Shown here in pieces: positions 32,491 through 41,137 of a DNA stretch of 64,000 nt. A program made the translations under genes and the position numbers. Origin of the DNA: Archaeoglobaceae archaeon (GTDB lineage: Archaea; Halobacteriota; Archaeoglobi; Archaeoglobales; Archaeoglobaceae); the NCBI GenBank assembly GCA_038893835.1, contig JAWAQR010000002.1, positions 2,632 to 66,631 of the forward strand, read 5' to 3'. Each line of letters opens with the position of its first letter. Within the stretch, counting starts at the first letter, position 1. Below the pieces are notes generated by a model. That model was not told the DNA's origin, searched no databases, and saw only the letters and a program-made list of their open reading frames with translations.

Positions 32491-33369
32491 ATGTTGGAAG
32501 TTTACAAAAAGTTACCCAAAGAATCTTTTGAATTAATTCTAAGAAACTTTACTGTTAGGGAATATTTAAAAAATGCTTGGAATAAATTCCTTCTTTCTGG
32601 AAACTTAGAACCTTCAAGTCTTGAAAAAATCTTTGATGAACTCTTTAGATTCTTTCTTCGTCCATTTGAGCTAATAATTTTCAATGAAAAAATAGTTAGA
32701 TCAATTTTTCCGATAGAAAAAATTCTAGTTGGTGAAGATGTTCTCTCCGCTTACACCGAATTCGTTGAATCCTTTACTTCTCACATGAAGTTGACTTTCC
32801 AGCTTTTCTCTCAACCCTTCTTTGAGAGAATGCCTGTGGAGAATTTTATAGAAGAGTGGAAAAAGTTCTTCGATAAATTCGAGGTAAAACCTGTGATTCC
32901 ATACGATCTACCCTTTGCTCTGCCAGAGAATGCAAAGAACTATCTTATCGACTGCATCTTGCATTGGAAAGAGTTTGTCATAGATTACGAAAAATACAGA
33001 GACTTACTCAGAAATTCCTACATGAAATCTGTTGAAAAGTTCTGCGAATTTTTGTCAAAATCCAAACCAAATAGTTTTGAAGAATTTAGAAACTCTTTCA
33101 TGGATTTTATGGCAAAAGAATTCGATTCTTTGCTGATTTCAGAGGAATACCTGAAATTACAGCAAAAGCTCCTGGATGCCCTTTTTGACCATATCTACTG
33201 CCTTCGCAGATTCTTGGAGTTACTAATAGAGAACAATCCTGCTAGCCCATTTGCAACAGTATCGCAGATCGATGAAGCTTACAAGCGGATCATGGATTTG
33301 AGGAGAAAAGTTTTGGAGCTTGAAAAAAGAATAGAATTGCTAGAGGGTAAGTATGCTCGAAAGGATTAA
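32491..33369 (+). CDS. phaE: putative PHA synthase subunit PhaE (assigned mainly by context)
   Basis: 292-aa helical protein with a C-terminal coiled coil (MDLRRKVLELEKRIELLEGK). It overlaps the phaC start by 17 nt, matching the class III PhaE-PhaC arrangement. Confidence 0.5.
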   Translation: MLEVYKKLPKESFELILRNFTVREYLKNAWNKFLLSGNLEPSSLEKIFDELFRFFLRPFELIIFNEKIVRSIFPIEKILVGEDVLSAYTEFVESFTSHMKLTFQLFSQPFFERMPVENFIEEWKKFFDKFEVKPVIPYDLPFALPENAKNYLIDCILHWKEFVIDYEKYRDLLRNSYMKSVEKFCEFLSKSKPNSFEEFRNSFMDFMAKEFDSLLISEEYLKLQQKLLDALFDHIYCLRRFLELLIENNPASPFATVSQIDEAYKRIMDLRRKVLELEKRIELLEGKYARKD

Positions 33370-34333
33370 AGATTTGGAAGTTAAGCCATGGAGCTGTGAG
33401 TTTGAAGTGGTCCATGAAGACTGGTTGTTCAAATTGCTCCACTTTAAGGGGGAGAGAAAGCATAGAACTCCTTTGTTGTTCGTTTACGCATTCATAAATC
33501 GCCCTTATATCCTCGATTTGCATGAAGATGTTAGCATAGTGAAAAAATTGGTCAAAGAGGGAATCGATGTATGGATGATCGACTGGGGATATCCGAAGAG
33601 GGCTGATAAGTTCTTTAGAATTTCGGATTACATAGATTACATAGATTTTTGCGTGGAGAAAATAAGAAGGGAAACAAAAAGCGACTCCATAACTCTCCAT
33701 GGTTACTGTCTAGGTTCAACACTCTCAGTTATATACGCGAGCCTGTATCCTGAAAAGGTAAAGAATTTGGTGATTCAAACTCCGCCCATAAACTTCAATA
33801 CCGAAAATACTTTAGCCATCTGGGCAAAGCACATAGATCCAAAGAAGATATCTAGAGCAGTTGGAAACGTGAGCGGTGAAATGTTGAATCTGGCATTTCT
33901 ACTAATAGATCCAATTCGTCTCGTTTATGCAAAGTATCAAACTCTCTTGGACAATTTCGAAGATCCAAAGTTCTTAAGGGAATTCTTTTATATGGACTTC
34001 TGGATCTTTGACTCACCATCAATTCCAGGAAGCGTATTTGAGGAGTTCATAGAACGATGGTATCACAGGAACGAACTGATCGAAAATAGATATGATGTGA
34101 ACGGGAGAAAGGTTGATTTGAACAACATAAAAATGCCAGTTCTAGCGCTTTATGCTGAAAAAGACCATATAACTCCTCCGAGTTCAATCATTCCCTTCTT
34201 AGAAAAAATACCATCAAAGGATAAAAAGGTGCTTAGCGTTGATAAAGGACATATAGGCTTGACTGTGAGCAAGAGTTCGCATGCAAAATTGTGGAAAGAA
34301 GCGATAAAGTGGATAGTTGAGCACTCAGATTGA
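33353..34333 (+). CDS. phaC: class III poly(3-hydroxyalkanoate) synthase catalytic subunit PhaC
   Basis: 326 aa with PLLFVYAFINRPYILDLHEDVSIVKKLVKEGIDVWMIDWGYP, the Cys lipase box GYCLGS, and candidate Asp (AEKDHITPP) and His (DKGHIGLTVS) of the catalytic triad. Confidence 0.85.
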   Translation: MLERIKDLEVKPWSCEFEVVHEDWLFKLLHFKGERKHRTPLLFVYAFINRPYILDLHEDVSIVKKLVKEGIDVWMIDWGYPKRADKFFRISDYIDYIDFCVEKIRRETKSDSITLHGYCLGSTLSVIYASLYPEKVKNLVIQTPPINFNTENTLAIWAKHIDPKKISRAVGNVSGEMLNLAFLLIDPIRLVYAKYQTLLDNFEDPKFLREFFYMDFWIFDSPSIPGSVFEEFIERWYHRNELIENRYDVNGRKVDLNNIKMPVLALYAEKDHITPPSSIIPFLEKIPSKDKKVLSVDKGHIGLTVSKSSHAKLWKEAIKWIVEHSD

Positions 34334-35632
34334 TCTTAAATCCACAACTCTCCTTGCTTTTCCCATGGATCTCTCTATTCTACCTTTTTCAACCAGCTCG
34401 ACATTGGTTCTTAGCATTAGTTCCCTCTGCAATGCTTTTTGTATTTTCTCCTGCAATCTTTTCAAGTCTTCAAGCTCTCCTGTAAAGAACTCATCCCTTA
34501 CCTCAACTCTTATAGTTATCTCATCCAGAGATCCTTTTCTAGTCAGCAATATCTGGAAGTTATCCCCCACTTCAGGTATTTGCATCAAAACATGCTCTAT
34601 CTGGCTTGGAAAAACGTTTACTCCACGAACTATGAGCATGTCATCGCTTCTCCCGAGAATTCTCATTAGTCTTGGATGTGTCCTTCCACAGGCACATTTT
34701 TCCGTTTCGATGATTGTTATGTCTCCCGTCCTATATCTCAATATCGGCATCGCTTCCTTAGTAAGGGGAGTTAACACGAGTTCTCCCCTTTCCCCTTCTC
34801 CAACTCTTTCCCCAGTCTCTGGGTCTATTATCTCGACGAAATAGTGATCGATCCAGATATGCAACCCCTGCTGCTCTTTACATTCAAAAGCAACTCCAGG
34901 TCCATTCATTTCGCTTAAACCATAGCTGTCATATGCCTTTATTCCAAAAGCATCCTCGAGCCTTTTTCTAGTATTCTCGCTCCAAGGTTCAGCACCAAAG
35001 CAACCAAATTTCAGCTTCAATTTATCCAGCAAACCCAGCTCTTCGGCAACTTCCTTAATGTGCAAAGCGTAGCTGGGTGTTGAATGAATCGCAGTTGTGC
35101 AGAAATCGACCATGTACTGTATTTGTCTTTCCGTATTTCCAACACCTGAAGGAATTGTTACAGCTCCAATTTTCTCCGCTCCATACTGGAATCCCAGTCC
35201 TCCTGTGAAAAAGGCGTAATTCACTATGTTCTGGAAAACATCTCCCTTCCGAAGTCCTACCATGTAAAGACATCTTGCAACCATATTTGCCCAAGTTTCT
35301 ATGTCTTTGGCCGTATATCCTACAACTTTTGGCTTTCCAGAAGTGCCACTCGAGGTGTGTATCCTTACAATCTCACTCTTTGGCACCGCAAACAATCCAA
35401 AAGGATAGTTTTCAGCGAAGTGTTCCTTTGTCGTGAAAGGTATTTTTTCAACGTCATCGAAGCTTTTTATATCATCTGGAGTGACGTTTGCGGCTTTCAT
35501 TCTTTTTTTAAAGAAAAAAACATTTTCATAAGCTCTCTTTATTGTTTGTTTTAATCTTTTAAACTGCAACTCTTCAAGCTCTTCCTTTGGAAGACATTCT
35601 TCCCTATCCCAGAACTCCTCGCTCCATGGCAT
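34325..35632 (-). CDS. paaK: phenylacetate-CoA ligase (PaaK) / coenzyme F390 synthetase family
   Basis: 435 aa with HTSSGTSGKPKVVGYT, YGLSEMNGPGVAFEC and RYRTGDITIIETEKCACGRTHPRLMRILGRSDDMLIVRGVNVFPSQIE. Confidence 0.85.
   Translation of the reverse strand: MPWSEEFWDREECLPKEELEELQFKRLKQTIKRAYENVFFFKKRMKAANVTPDDIKSFDDVEKIPFTTKEHFAENYPFGLFAVPKSEIVRIHTSSGTSGKPKVVGYTAKDIETWANMVARCLYMVGLRKGDVFQNIVNYAFFTGGLGFQYGAEKIGAVTIPSGVGNTERQIQYMVDFCTTAIHSTPSYALHIKEVAEELGLLDKLKLKFGCFGAEPWSENTRKRLEDAFGIKAYDSYGLSEMNGPGVAFECKEQQGLHIWIDHYFVEIIDPETGERVGEGERGELVLTPLTKEAMPILRYRTGDITIIETEKCACGRTHPRLMRILGRSDDMLIVRGVNVFPSQIEHVLMQIPEVGDNFQILLTRKGSLDEITIRVEVRDEFFTGELEDLKRLQEKIQKALQRELMLRTNVELVEKGRIERSMGKARRVVDLRSI
34578..34666. 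repeat. 89-nt tract in paaK-1, inverted copy of 52801-52889 in paaK-2 (88/89 identical)
   Basis: The reverse complement of 34578-34666 equals 52801-52889 except for one base (CGT vs CGC). Adjacent codons coding the same amino acids differ at many synonymous sites. Confidence 0.9.
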
Positions 35633-35672
35633 ACTGTAACAAGCTCTTTGAGATGATAAAGATTCCCAAATT

Positions 35673-36491
35673 CTAAAGGGGAAGCAGCTTTTTCAAATCG
35701 CTCGCAAAGATACCCGATTTATATCCATCCGGATTAATAAAAACTTTTTCAAATCCAATGGAAAGTAGGGAATCCTTTATGACTTCCTTAAATTCCATAA
35801 CTTTCCAAATCTCATCCCTTTCAACTTCAACAACTGCAAGATTCTTGATAACTCTTACTCTCACGTTTCTAACCTTCGCAATTTTGATCACTAAATTCTC
35901 TGCTTTATCAATTCTTCTCAACATTTCTAAAGTTATTCTCATCTTAAACGGAATTCTAGTTGCTAAACATGAAAGAGATGGACTGTTGTAAAAGGAAAAA
36001 CCATAATCTTTCGCAATAGCTCTTATTTCCTCTTTTTTTATTCCAAAGCACGCCCATGGGCTAAAGGCTATGCCAGAGTCTAGGACTGCTTTGTAGCCAG
36101 GTCTATGTTCCTGAAGATCGCTTCCATTTGTTCCTTCAAAGATCACTTCATAACCTTTTTCTTTTGCAATTTCCGTCATTGCGCATATCATGGATTTTTT
36201 GCAGTAATAACATCTATTTTCTGAATTCTCTAAAAAATCCTTATTCTTAAATATATCAAATTCGAGAAAAACGTGTTTTAATCCAATTTCTTTTGCAACC
36301 TTTTTTGCATTCTCTATTTCCCTACTTGGAATATTTTCAGCTTTTATAGTTACAGCCAGTACATTTTCGATCTCCTCTTTGCATATCGCTGCTAGAGTTG
36401 CGCTATCAACACCACCGCTAAAAGCAACAATTGCGTTGTTGAAATTTGAAAGAAAAGCTCTTAATTTTTCAAGTCTCTCTTTTAAGTCCAT
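35673..36491 (-). CDS. PP-loop ATP-utilising enzyme, LarE-like (TIGR00268-type)
   Basis: 272 aa with the PP-loop AFSGGVDSATLA and a conserved Cys context NSPSLSCLATRIP resembling the LarE sulfur-donor motif. Confidence 0.7.
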   Translation of the reverse strand: MDLKERLEKLRAFLSNFNNAIVAFSGGVDSATLAAICKEEIENVLAVTIKAENIPSREIENAKKVAKEIGLKHVFLEFDIFKNKDFLENSENRCYYCKKSMICAMTEIAKEKGYEVIFEGTNGSDLQEHRPGYKAVLDSGIAFSPWACFGIKKEEIRAIAKDYGFSFYNSPSLSCLATRIPFKMRITLEMLRRIDKAENLVIKIAKVRNVRVRVIKNLAVVEVERDEIWKVMEFKEVIKDSLLSIGFEKVFINPDGYKSGIFASDLKKLLPL

Positions 36492-36496
36492 GGAAA

Positions 36497-36688
36497 TTAC
36501 TCGATCTGAATCTTTCTTATTTCCTTTTTCTCCTTTCTTTCTAATTCCTCTATTTTCTTTATTTGTGCATCGATGAGACTTCTCAAGGCAATCAAGAACT
36601 CCTTATACGCTTTCAGCGTATGCTCCAAGAATTTTTCAGGAAAAACATCTTCTAAGCTTGGAACTGTGATCCTTATATCTTTTGGCAT
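36497..36688 (-). CDS. small coiled-coil hypothetical protein
   Basis: 63-aa ORF, 4 nt downstream of the ArsA-like gene. Charged helical C-terminus. Confidence 0.4.
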   Translation of the reverse strand: MPKDIRITVPSLEDVFPEKFLEHTLKAYKEFLIALRSLIDAQIKKIEELERKEKKEIRKIQIE

Positions 36689-36692
36689 ATCA

Positions 36693-37835
36693 TCACCTAA
36701 ACCTTACTCGGATTTCGTTGTTATTAAAGCTTGCTCCAATTGTTTCCCTTAATCTAAGAACCTGTGGCAAGAATATCGTCCTTTTCCACTGTCCTGCAAT
36801 GATGATAAGTTCTTCCCCTCTTCTATATATTTCTATATCCTCTTTTTTTAAAAATGGTACTTTTATCCTTAAAACATATTCATCTCCATTTTTTTCAACT
36901 TTCATGGGTCTCTCTGAGATCATCTTTTTGGTTGGATCAAAATCGAAGATCTTATCTGCTAGCTCGAAGAGTTTCTCTCCAACTATTTCGGATCGCTGGA
37001 AAGGTATCTGTATTATTGGGACTGGGAAAGATTGCTGTACCCTTTTGAGGTAATCTTCCTGCATCTTTATCCAGTCAGAAAAGAAATCTCCTATGTCTTT
37101 TGGAAATACCTTGTTAACGATTACGCAATCCACGGTGTAGCCAAAGAGATTTAGATACGTAAAAGCTCTTTCAGACTCCTTTATAACCATCTTTTCTGGG
37201 TTCATGACAATTCTTATGGCAGCCTCATTTTCAAGGAGATCTTTTATCTTGCTTATCCTTACGTACATTTCTTGTATTTTATCCATTATCTCCTCACTCG
37301 GTAGAGGAATTTTGATCAAAGGCTCTGCAATTGGTTTTACTATTTTGAGCAATTTCTTTTCAATTCCAAAAAATCGATTCATATACCATTTGGCAACTTC
37401 CGGAACGCTGAGAAGGCGAAGAGTTTCTCCAGTCGGAGCACAGTCTAGGATTATTGTGTCGAAATTTCCCTTTTCGTAAAATTCCAACAAATTCAGAAGA
37501 CTTGCAACTTCGTCGAATCCAGGTAAAATTGCCAGTTCTTCTGCTATGACATCTTCTATGCCTTGAGATTTAAAGAAGAGGAGAAGATAGTCCTTTATAA
37601 CTTCCCAGTGTTTCTTTAGCTCATATTCTACGTTGACTTCCATTCCGTAAAGTCTTTCGGCAATCTTTTTTGGCTCAGCACCAAGTTGGAATTGAAAGGA
37701 ATCTGAAAGGCTATGTGCAGGGTCTGTTGAAATTATCAGCGTCTCATGTCCGAGATTTGCTGCCTTTATTGCAGTCATTGCTGCAATCGTAGTTTTTCCA
37801 ACTCCCCCTTTACCTGTGAATAGCAGGATGTTCAC
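36693..37835 (-). CDS. ArsA/Get3-family ATPase with a C-terminal Hsp20/alpha-crystallin-like domain
   Basis: 380 aa with the deviant Walker A GKGGVGKTT and STDPAHSLSD. The C-terminal ~70 aa (VEKNGDEYVLRIKVPFLKKEDIEIYRRGEELIIIAGQWKRTIFLP) looks like an Hsp20-fold beta sandwich. Confidence 0.85.
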   Translation of the reverse strand: MNILLFTGKGGVGKTTIAAMTAIKAANLGHETLIISTDPAHSLSDSFQFQLGAEPKKIAERLYGMEVNVEYELKKHWEVIKDYLLLFFKSQGIEDVIAEELAILPGFDEVASLLNLLEFYEKGNFDTIILDCAPTGETLRLLSVPEVAKWYMNRFFGIEKKLLKIVKPIAEPLIKIPLPSEEIMDKIQEMYVRISKIKDLLENEAAIRIVMNPEKMVIKESERAFTYLNLFGYTVDCVIVNKVFPKDIGDFFSDWIKMQEDYLKRVQQSFPVPIIQIPFQRSEIVGEKLFELADKIFDFDPTKKMISERPMKVEKNGDEYVLRIKVPFLKKEDIEIYRRGEELIIIAGQWKRTIFLPQVLRLRETIGASFNNNEIRVRFR

Positions 37836-37871
37836 AAAAACAAATCTTGTAAAATTTAAAAATCTTTGCAG

Positions 37872-38075
37872 TTATTCTTTCTTCTGCTGTTGTTTCCTCT
37901 TTATAACTTCTTCAAGCTTCTTTTCTAAAGGCTCCTGATGTGTGTAGGGGCAGATCAAATAATGCTCAACAGCTTTTGCTATAGCATCTTTGGTTGCAAC
38001 TTCACCGGTTTTCTTCTTCAACTCCTCTAAAACGTTTTCAGGCAATACAGTTTGTGCGTGGACGATCTTTACCAT
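37872..38075 (-). CDS. small hypothetical protein (possibly ribbon-helix-helix)
   Basis: 67-aa ORF. The N-terminal beta-strand-like VKIVHAQTVLPENVLEELKKK plus two helices suggests an RHH fold. Weak. Confidence 0.4.
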   Translation of the reverse strand: MVKIVHAQTVLPENVLEELKKKTGEVATKDAIAKAVEHYLICPYTHQEPLEKKLEEVIKRKQQQKKE

Positions 38076-38132
38076 CGATAATCACCCCCATTATAATTAT
38101 CAACACAGCGTATATAAAGTTTTCTCATTATT

Positions 38133-38951
38133 ATGATATCATACATTAACTTACATAAGGATTTTAAAGACTTACACTCCAGTAGTCTCATGATCCTTAA
38201 GGAAAGAAAGGACACTGTGCAACTTTTAATTTTGACAGAGCTGATGCTAAATCCCGAGTGTAATCAGAGAGATATAGCGAGAAAACTAAATCTAACACCC
38301 CAAGCAATTTCTGAATACTTCAAAGAACTAGTTGCTGAGGGCTTTCTAAGGGTTATCCATCGCGGATATTACGAAGTAACCAAGAAAGGAGAGGACTGGT
38401 TGACAAAAAATCTACTCGATTTACACTTATTTACAGAGGAAATGCTGAAGAAGATATATTCAAAGACAATCGTCGCGATTGCAGTTGGGGACATCGAAGA
38501 AAATTCCAGCGTAAAATACTGGTTTGAAGATGGATTCATTTTTGCAAAAAAGGAGGAAAATGGAAATGGAATAGCTCTAACTTCTGCAAAAGATGGAGAA
38601 GATGTGCTTTTGAAACCAACAGGTAGCTTTGAGGCGCCACAAAAAGGGGAAGTAATAGTTGCAAAAGTCCCCGATGTCGTTGAAGGGGGAAGCAGAAAGG
38701 CTAAGATAGAGATGCTCAGAGAGCTGATAAAGAGCAGACAGAGAAGCATAGTTGTTGCAATTGGTGTAGAAGCTCTTATTTCCTGCAGAAAGGCTGGAGT
38801 TGAACCGATCTTTTTTGGTGCAAAAGATGTATGTGTTGAAGCGGCGCATCATGGATGTGGAGTAATAGTTGTTTGCACAGAGAGCAGAACAAACGATCTC
38901 CTCAGAACCCTCATCGAAGAAGGATTGAAGTTTGAAGTCAAAGATTTTTGA
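38133..38951 (+). CDS. winged-helix transcriptional regulator with an uncharacterised C-terminal domain
   Basis: 272 aa. wHTH segment: NQRDIARKLNLTPQAISEYFKELVAEGFLRVIHRGYYEVTKKG. The start may be the internal Met (MILKERKD). Confidence 0.6.
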   Translation: MISYINLHKDFKDLHSSSLMILKERKDTVQLLILTELMLNPECNQRDIARKLNLTPQAISEYFKELVAEGFLRVIHRGYYEVTKKGEDWLTKNLLDLHLFTEEMLKKIYSKTIVAIAVGDIEENSSVKYWFEDGFIFAKKEENGNGIALTSAKDGEDVLLKPTGSFEAPQKGEVIVAKVPDVVEGGSRKAKIEMLRELIKSRQRSIVVAIGVEALISCRKAGVEPIFFGAKDVCVEAAHHGCGVIVVCTESRTNDLLRTLIEEGLKFEVKDF

Positions 38952-39555
38952 GAAATATTATGTTCCCTCTCCCCTTTTTAACCTTCTCAATTAAACCCCT
39001 TTTTTCCAAGTCCGCAATTATAAGACTCATTTTCGCCTCGCTAAAGCCAAGTCTTTTTCTTAGATCTTTCTGAGTTATTCTGCCACCATTTGCTTTTATC
39101 ACATCTATTACAACTTTCAAATCTTCTGGTAAGATTTCCTCTTTCCTCTTTTTTAATTTATTTTTTTTCAGAAAGTAGATGGCAAGGATTCCAGAAAGAC
39201 TGAGAATTGCAACGAAAAGGCTATGGTCCTCCTCTACCACTGGCATTTGAGGAACTTCTTCATAAAGCTTTAGTTCTGGGAATAAGATTAAATCGAAACG
39301 AACATTTCCTTCAACGCTAACGTTCTCTAAAGCGATTAAGTCTCCAATTTTTGCAAAAATCGTATAATTTCCTGGTTTTACTTCGAAATAATAGCTACCA
39401 TTTAATGTAACCATTTTTTGCTCGACTCCATTTCTTATCGTCACTATCGCCTCAGTTGGCTCCAGAGTGTCCCAGCGATAAACTACCCCATATATCGAAT
39501 CCGCAATTGCAGGGGAAGTAAGGAGAAGTAGAGATAGAAGGATCATCACCCTCAA
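38938..39555 (-). CDS. membrane protein: signal peptide - beta-sandwich (CarboxypepD_reg-like) ectodomain - TM - cytoplasmic winged helix
   Basis: 205 aa with N-terminal MILLSLLLLTSPAIA, a TM helix LFVAILSLSGILAIYFL, and a C-terminal GGRITQKDLRKRLGFSEAKMSLIIADLEKRGLIEKVKKGRGNII (wHTH). Confidence 0.6.
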   Translation of the reverse strand: MRVMILLSLLLLTSPAIADSIYGVVYRWDTLEPTEAIVTIRNGVEQKMVTLNGSYYFEVKPGNYTIFAKIGDLIALENVSVEGNVRFDLILFPELKLYEEVPQMPVVEEDHSLFVAILSLSGILAIYFLKKNKLKKRKEEILPEDLKVVIDVIKANGGRITQKDLRKRLGFSEAKMSLIIADLEKRGLIEKVKKGRGNIIFLKNL

Positions 39556-40292
39556 ATGAGATCCCTCACCTTGGGAATTGGTGGCAACATTCTTTTGTGT
39601 TCAGAGGCTTTTATTAGGTTCATAACTCTCTGAAACTTTTCATCTTTCCTTTCAATCCCTTTCTCAATCTCCTTCAGTATTTCATCCAGTTCATAGTAAC
39701 TCATCCCAATCTCCTCCTCATCTGTTTGCCCAACGTAAAGTCCTGCGGTTGGCCTCTTCTTTATTATCCTCTCTGGTACGCCTAAATATCTCGCAAATTC
39801 AAAGATCTCTGTCTTATAAAGATCGCCGATTGGTTGAAAATCAACACCACCGTCACCAAATTTCGTGAAATATCCAATCATGATCTCGCTTTTGTTTCCA
39901 GTTCCAGCTACGAGTCTGCGGAGCTTGTTTGCATAGAAATAGTTAATGATCATCCTTATCCTAGGTTTTAAATTTATAACAGCATTTTTATTTTCTCCAA
40001 GAATATCTAGGAATAATTTTACAATTGGACTTATCTCAATAATATTATATTCAATTCCAAGTTTTTTTGCCACAAGTAAAGCATCTTCAAGATCCTCCTT
40101 CATCGTTACCCCTTTTTCTGGCATGATATTTGCCAGAACTTTTTCCCTGCCGAGCGCTTTGGTACAGAGAAAAGCCACAACTGCACTGTCAATTCCACCG
40201 CTTAGACCAAGTACGACTCCAGTTGAATTGGATTTTTCAACTTGTTCGCGGATGAAGTTTGTAATTCTCTCTTCTATCGCTCTAAAGTTCAT
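39552..40292 (-). CDS. nadE: NH3-dependent NAD+ synthetase
   Basis: 246 aa with the PP-loop GLSGGIDSAVVA and typical NadE length and pattern. Confidence 0.9.
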   Translation of the reverse strand: MNFRAIEERITNFIREQVEKSNSTGVVLGLSGGIDSAVVAFLCTKALGREKVLANIMPEKGVTMKEDLEDALLVAKKLGIEYNIIEISPIVKLFLDILGENKNAVINLKPRIRMIINYFYANKLRRLVAGTGNKSEIMIGYFTKFGDGGVDFQPIGDLYKTEIFEFARYLGVPERIIKKRPTAGLYVGQTDEEEIGMSYYELDEILKEIEKGIERKDEKFQRVMNLIKASEHKRMLPPIPKVRDLI

Positions 40293-40415
40293 GAATTGAG
40301 CTCTCTTTGTGAAATTTAAGTTTTACTAGTAGCTGAATTACCAAATTATTTCATCAAGCTCTTTAGCATTATTTACTCAACAGAAGATATTTATTTTCCG
40401 AGTATACTGATTTTT

Positions 40416-40487
40416 GCCCCCGTGGGGTAGCGGAGATCCTTGAGGCCTTCGGAGCCTCAGACCCGGGTTCGATTCCCGGCGGGGGCG
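40416..40487 (+). tRNA. tRNA-Arg (anticodon TCG)
   Basis: Hand-folded cloverleaf: GCCCCCG / anticodon stem GAGGC-CTTCGGA-GCCTC / T arm CCGGG-TTCGATT-CCCGG / CGGGGGC-G. No intron, no encoded CCA. TATA-like ATATTTATTTT lies about 25 nt upstream. Confidence 0.9.
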
Positions 40488-40492
40488 TTTTT
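40488..40492 (+). terminator. oligo-T terminator after tRNA-Arg(TCG)
   Basis: A T5 run lies immediately after the discriminator base. Oligo-T is the usual archaeal termination signal. Confidence 0.4.
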
Positions 40493-40674
40493 GGCTTTTG
40501 CTTTCTAAAGCCTTTTTCTCTTATAAGAGGTGTTTACTATCAGACTTTGTTCTAATATTCGCTTTTGTGCTTGGCGATATCGTTGTGGGGCAAAAAGAAG
40601 AAATTCAGTCGTTAGTAGAAGCTGAGCTGGAAGCTCGGATACAGATCGTGGAATAAACTGGAAGGATTTCTTCT

Positions 40675-40795
40675 TCAGAAACCAAGCATTAAGTAGCCTT
40701 TCATTGCAAAAGCCATTGCAAGGTTAACAGTTACCGTGCTTTTCCCAACATCCCTTGCCACTTATCACCACAATTTTAGGCTTAATTTTGCCCAT
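40675..40795 (-). pseudogene. remnant of a MinD/Mrp-type P-loop ATPase (first ~40 codons, frameshifted)
   Basis: Minus-strand translation gives MGKIKPKIVVISGKG then, after a +1 shift, VGKSTVTVNLAMAFAMKGYLMLGF*. This is a deviant Walker A (GKGGVGKS/T) split across two frames, and nothing recognisable follows. Confidence 0.5.
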
Positions 40796-40805
40796 CCACT
40801 TCTTG

Positions 40806-41072
40806 TTATCCTTCCTTCTCTCTCAGTTCTTTAATCCTTCTCTCCAATTCCTTAAGCTCTTCTTCGATGCTCTCCTTCTGGGCTTCAAGTTTCTTTCTGT
40901 ATTCCTCCAATGCAGAAATTTCTTCTTTTGGTGAAGCACTTAAATTCCAAAAATGCCTTTTAATTAAATACCTGCAGAAGCATTTGCCATAATACCATCC
41001 TGGTCTCTCCCAAGGGGGAAGATGGCTAAAAGGTCCAAATCCCGGCCATTTTTTGATCCATCTTCGAGGCAT
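40806..41072 (-). CDS. DUF5320-like small protein (Gly/Pro/Trp-rich N-terminus plus coiled coil)
   Basis: Starts at the internal Met 41072, preceded by AGGTGGTG (SD-like). MPRRWIKKWPGFGPFSHLPPWERPGWYYG... is followed by a charged coiled coil. Confidence 0.6.
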   Translation of the reverse strand: MPRRWIKKWPGFGPFSHLPPWERPGWYYGKCFCRYLIKRHFWNLSASPKEEISALEEYRKKLEAQKESIEEELKELERRIKELREKEG

Positions 41073-41137
41073 AACACCACCTAATTTTGTGCTTATGCAC
41101 AAATTTTTGGCAAGGCATATAAGCTTTACTTAAAGCA

